In this document: one piece after another, positions 62,821-64,000 of the stretch
Layout: each line of letters begins with the position of its first letter
Position numbering within the stretch: position 1 is the first letter of the stretch
Assembly: GCF_001194135.2 (NCBI RefSeq)
Contig: NC_069003.1
Coordinates: 19,524,404-19,588,403 of the forward strand
Reading direction: 5' to 3'
DNA from: Octopus bimaculoides
Lineage: Eukaryota
DNA length: 64,000 bases
Program-made: the position numbers and the translations under genes
Notes under the pieces: model-generated
Told to the model about the DNA's origin: nothing
The model's input: only the letters and a program-made list of their open reading frames with translations
The model's database searches: none

Positions 62821-63868
62821 TAGAATGAATGGTAATATTAAACCTTGTTATGTCTTTAGACTCAGAATGATTTAACCTGTATGAGACATATACCAGCAAA
62901 TAGTGTAACTCTAGGTAAAAGACAAGGAAAGGCATTCAATTTCGGTTGCTGCCATCATCCTGTTACCTTTTTATTAATTACAACTTTAATTTCCATTGAA
63001 GCAATCCTTCCTTCTCCTCCACCTGCCCCACCTCCTGTGCATAAAGAACTTCCTGAACACTTTAATGTAAGTTCTTTGACAGGGAGAAAAGTTTTTTGTT
63101 TGCTTAATTAATTCCTCACCCACCACAACATATCTCGCCACCACCGACCTTTCCCCATCCACCTTTTGTGATCTGATGATGAATATACAGTTTAAGGAAT
63201 GTATCATCAATGACACAAACGAAAACAATGGTGGTGGTGGAGGTGGTGGTAATAGTGATGATGATGATGAAAGGAGTTGCACTAGTAATAGTGGAAACAG
63301 AGATGATTATAATGATGGTGGTGGTGATAATGATGGTAACAATGGCAACAACAATGACAAGAACGATGAAGATCGTGGTGCAGCAGAGGTAATACTCATG
63401 GTAGTTGATAGGAAGATGGTAGTGTTGATGAGGGTGGTGGTCGTGGAAACGGTGGAGTTGATGGAGGTAGTGATAATGGTGGTGGTGGTGGTGGTGGTGG
63501 TAATGATGACAATGATGATGGTATTGGCAGTGTTTTGTGTTGATGGTTGTGGTGAGTAGCAAAAAAGAGAGGAAATAGGAAGAAAAAGAAGGAGACGAAG
63601 AAGAACAACAACAACAACATGAGCAAGCTATTTATGATGATGATCATGGTGGTGGTGACGGTGGCAGTGGCGCTGACTGCGTCTGCATGTCAAGTTTCCT
63701 CTCCTTTTTACAAAAGAATAATCCCCAAAAGAACAGTCAAAGAAATTAACTTCTCTGCTATGAAAAGAAACAATTCTTTTTCACTGAATGGCTTAAAATT
63801 AGTTGAATGCTTCTACAGAAAGTAAGCATACCAGTGTTAACCACTACTTGTTGGGAAAAATATGCATG

Positions 63869-63900
<32 letters not shown>

Positions 63901-64000
63901 TATATATATACATATACACACTCCCGAGCGTCATACTAATATATACTTTTGTTATTTACACCACCTGTCCTCGTCTATTGTTATTATTTGTATATTCTCC

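Noticed and set aside
63116-63647. Overlapping His/Gly/Asp/Asn-rich ORFs
   Set aside because: Degenerate GAT/GGT/AAC trinucleotide repeats are open in several frames, with no splice or domain support.

Overview
AT-rich, microsatellite-dense animal genomic DNA from a gapped draft assembly (8 N-gaps, most flanked by simple repeats). The repeat families look cephalopod (Octopus-like); this is inferred from pattern recognition, not a database search. There are no prokaryotic features, no CRISPR, no rRNA and no genuine tRNA gene. No host gene can be confidently named, and nearly all ORF-track entries are microsatellite, low-complexity or N-run artefacts. The window is mostly a transposon graveyard. 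It holds three tRNA-derived SINE families, RTE LINE fragments (including a young 3' end family with GAT tails), R4/Dong-type RLE retrotransposon fragments, a Penelope GIY-YIG remnant and Tc1/mariner remnants. It also holds TA-, TTAA- and hAT-type MITEs, a Helitron end and a truncated Gypsy LTR+gag. I do not see a convincing new biological system. The best leads are: (i) family-specific insertion into microsatellites (R4/Dong in AAT, RTE in TA); (ii) a 156-bp locally duplicated segment that interrupts an RTE; (iii) two minimal hammerhead-like motifs; (iv) a convergent SINE cluster that could form dsRNA; (v) a TE-poor, CpG-retaining island at ~45.6-47.9 kb and a few candidate microexons. Coordinates of degraded repeats are approximate (+/-10-20 bp).
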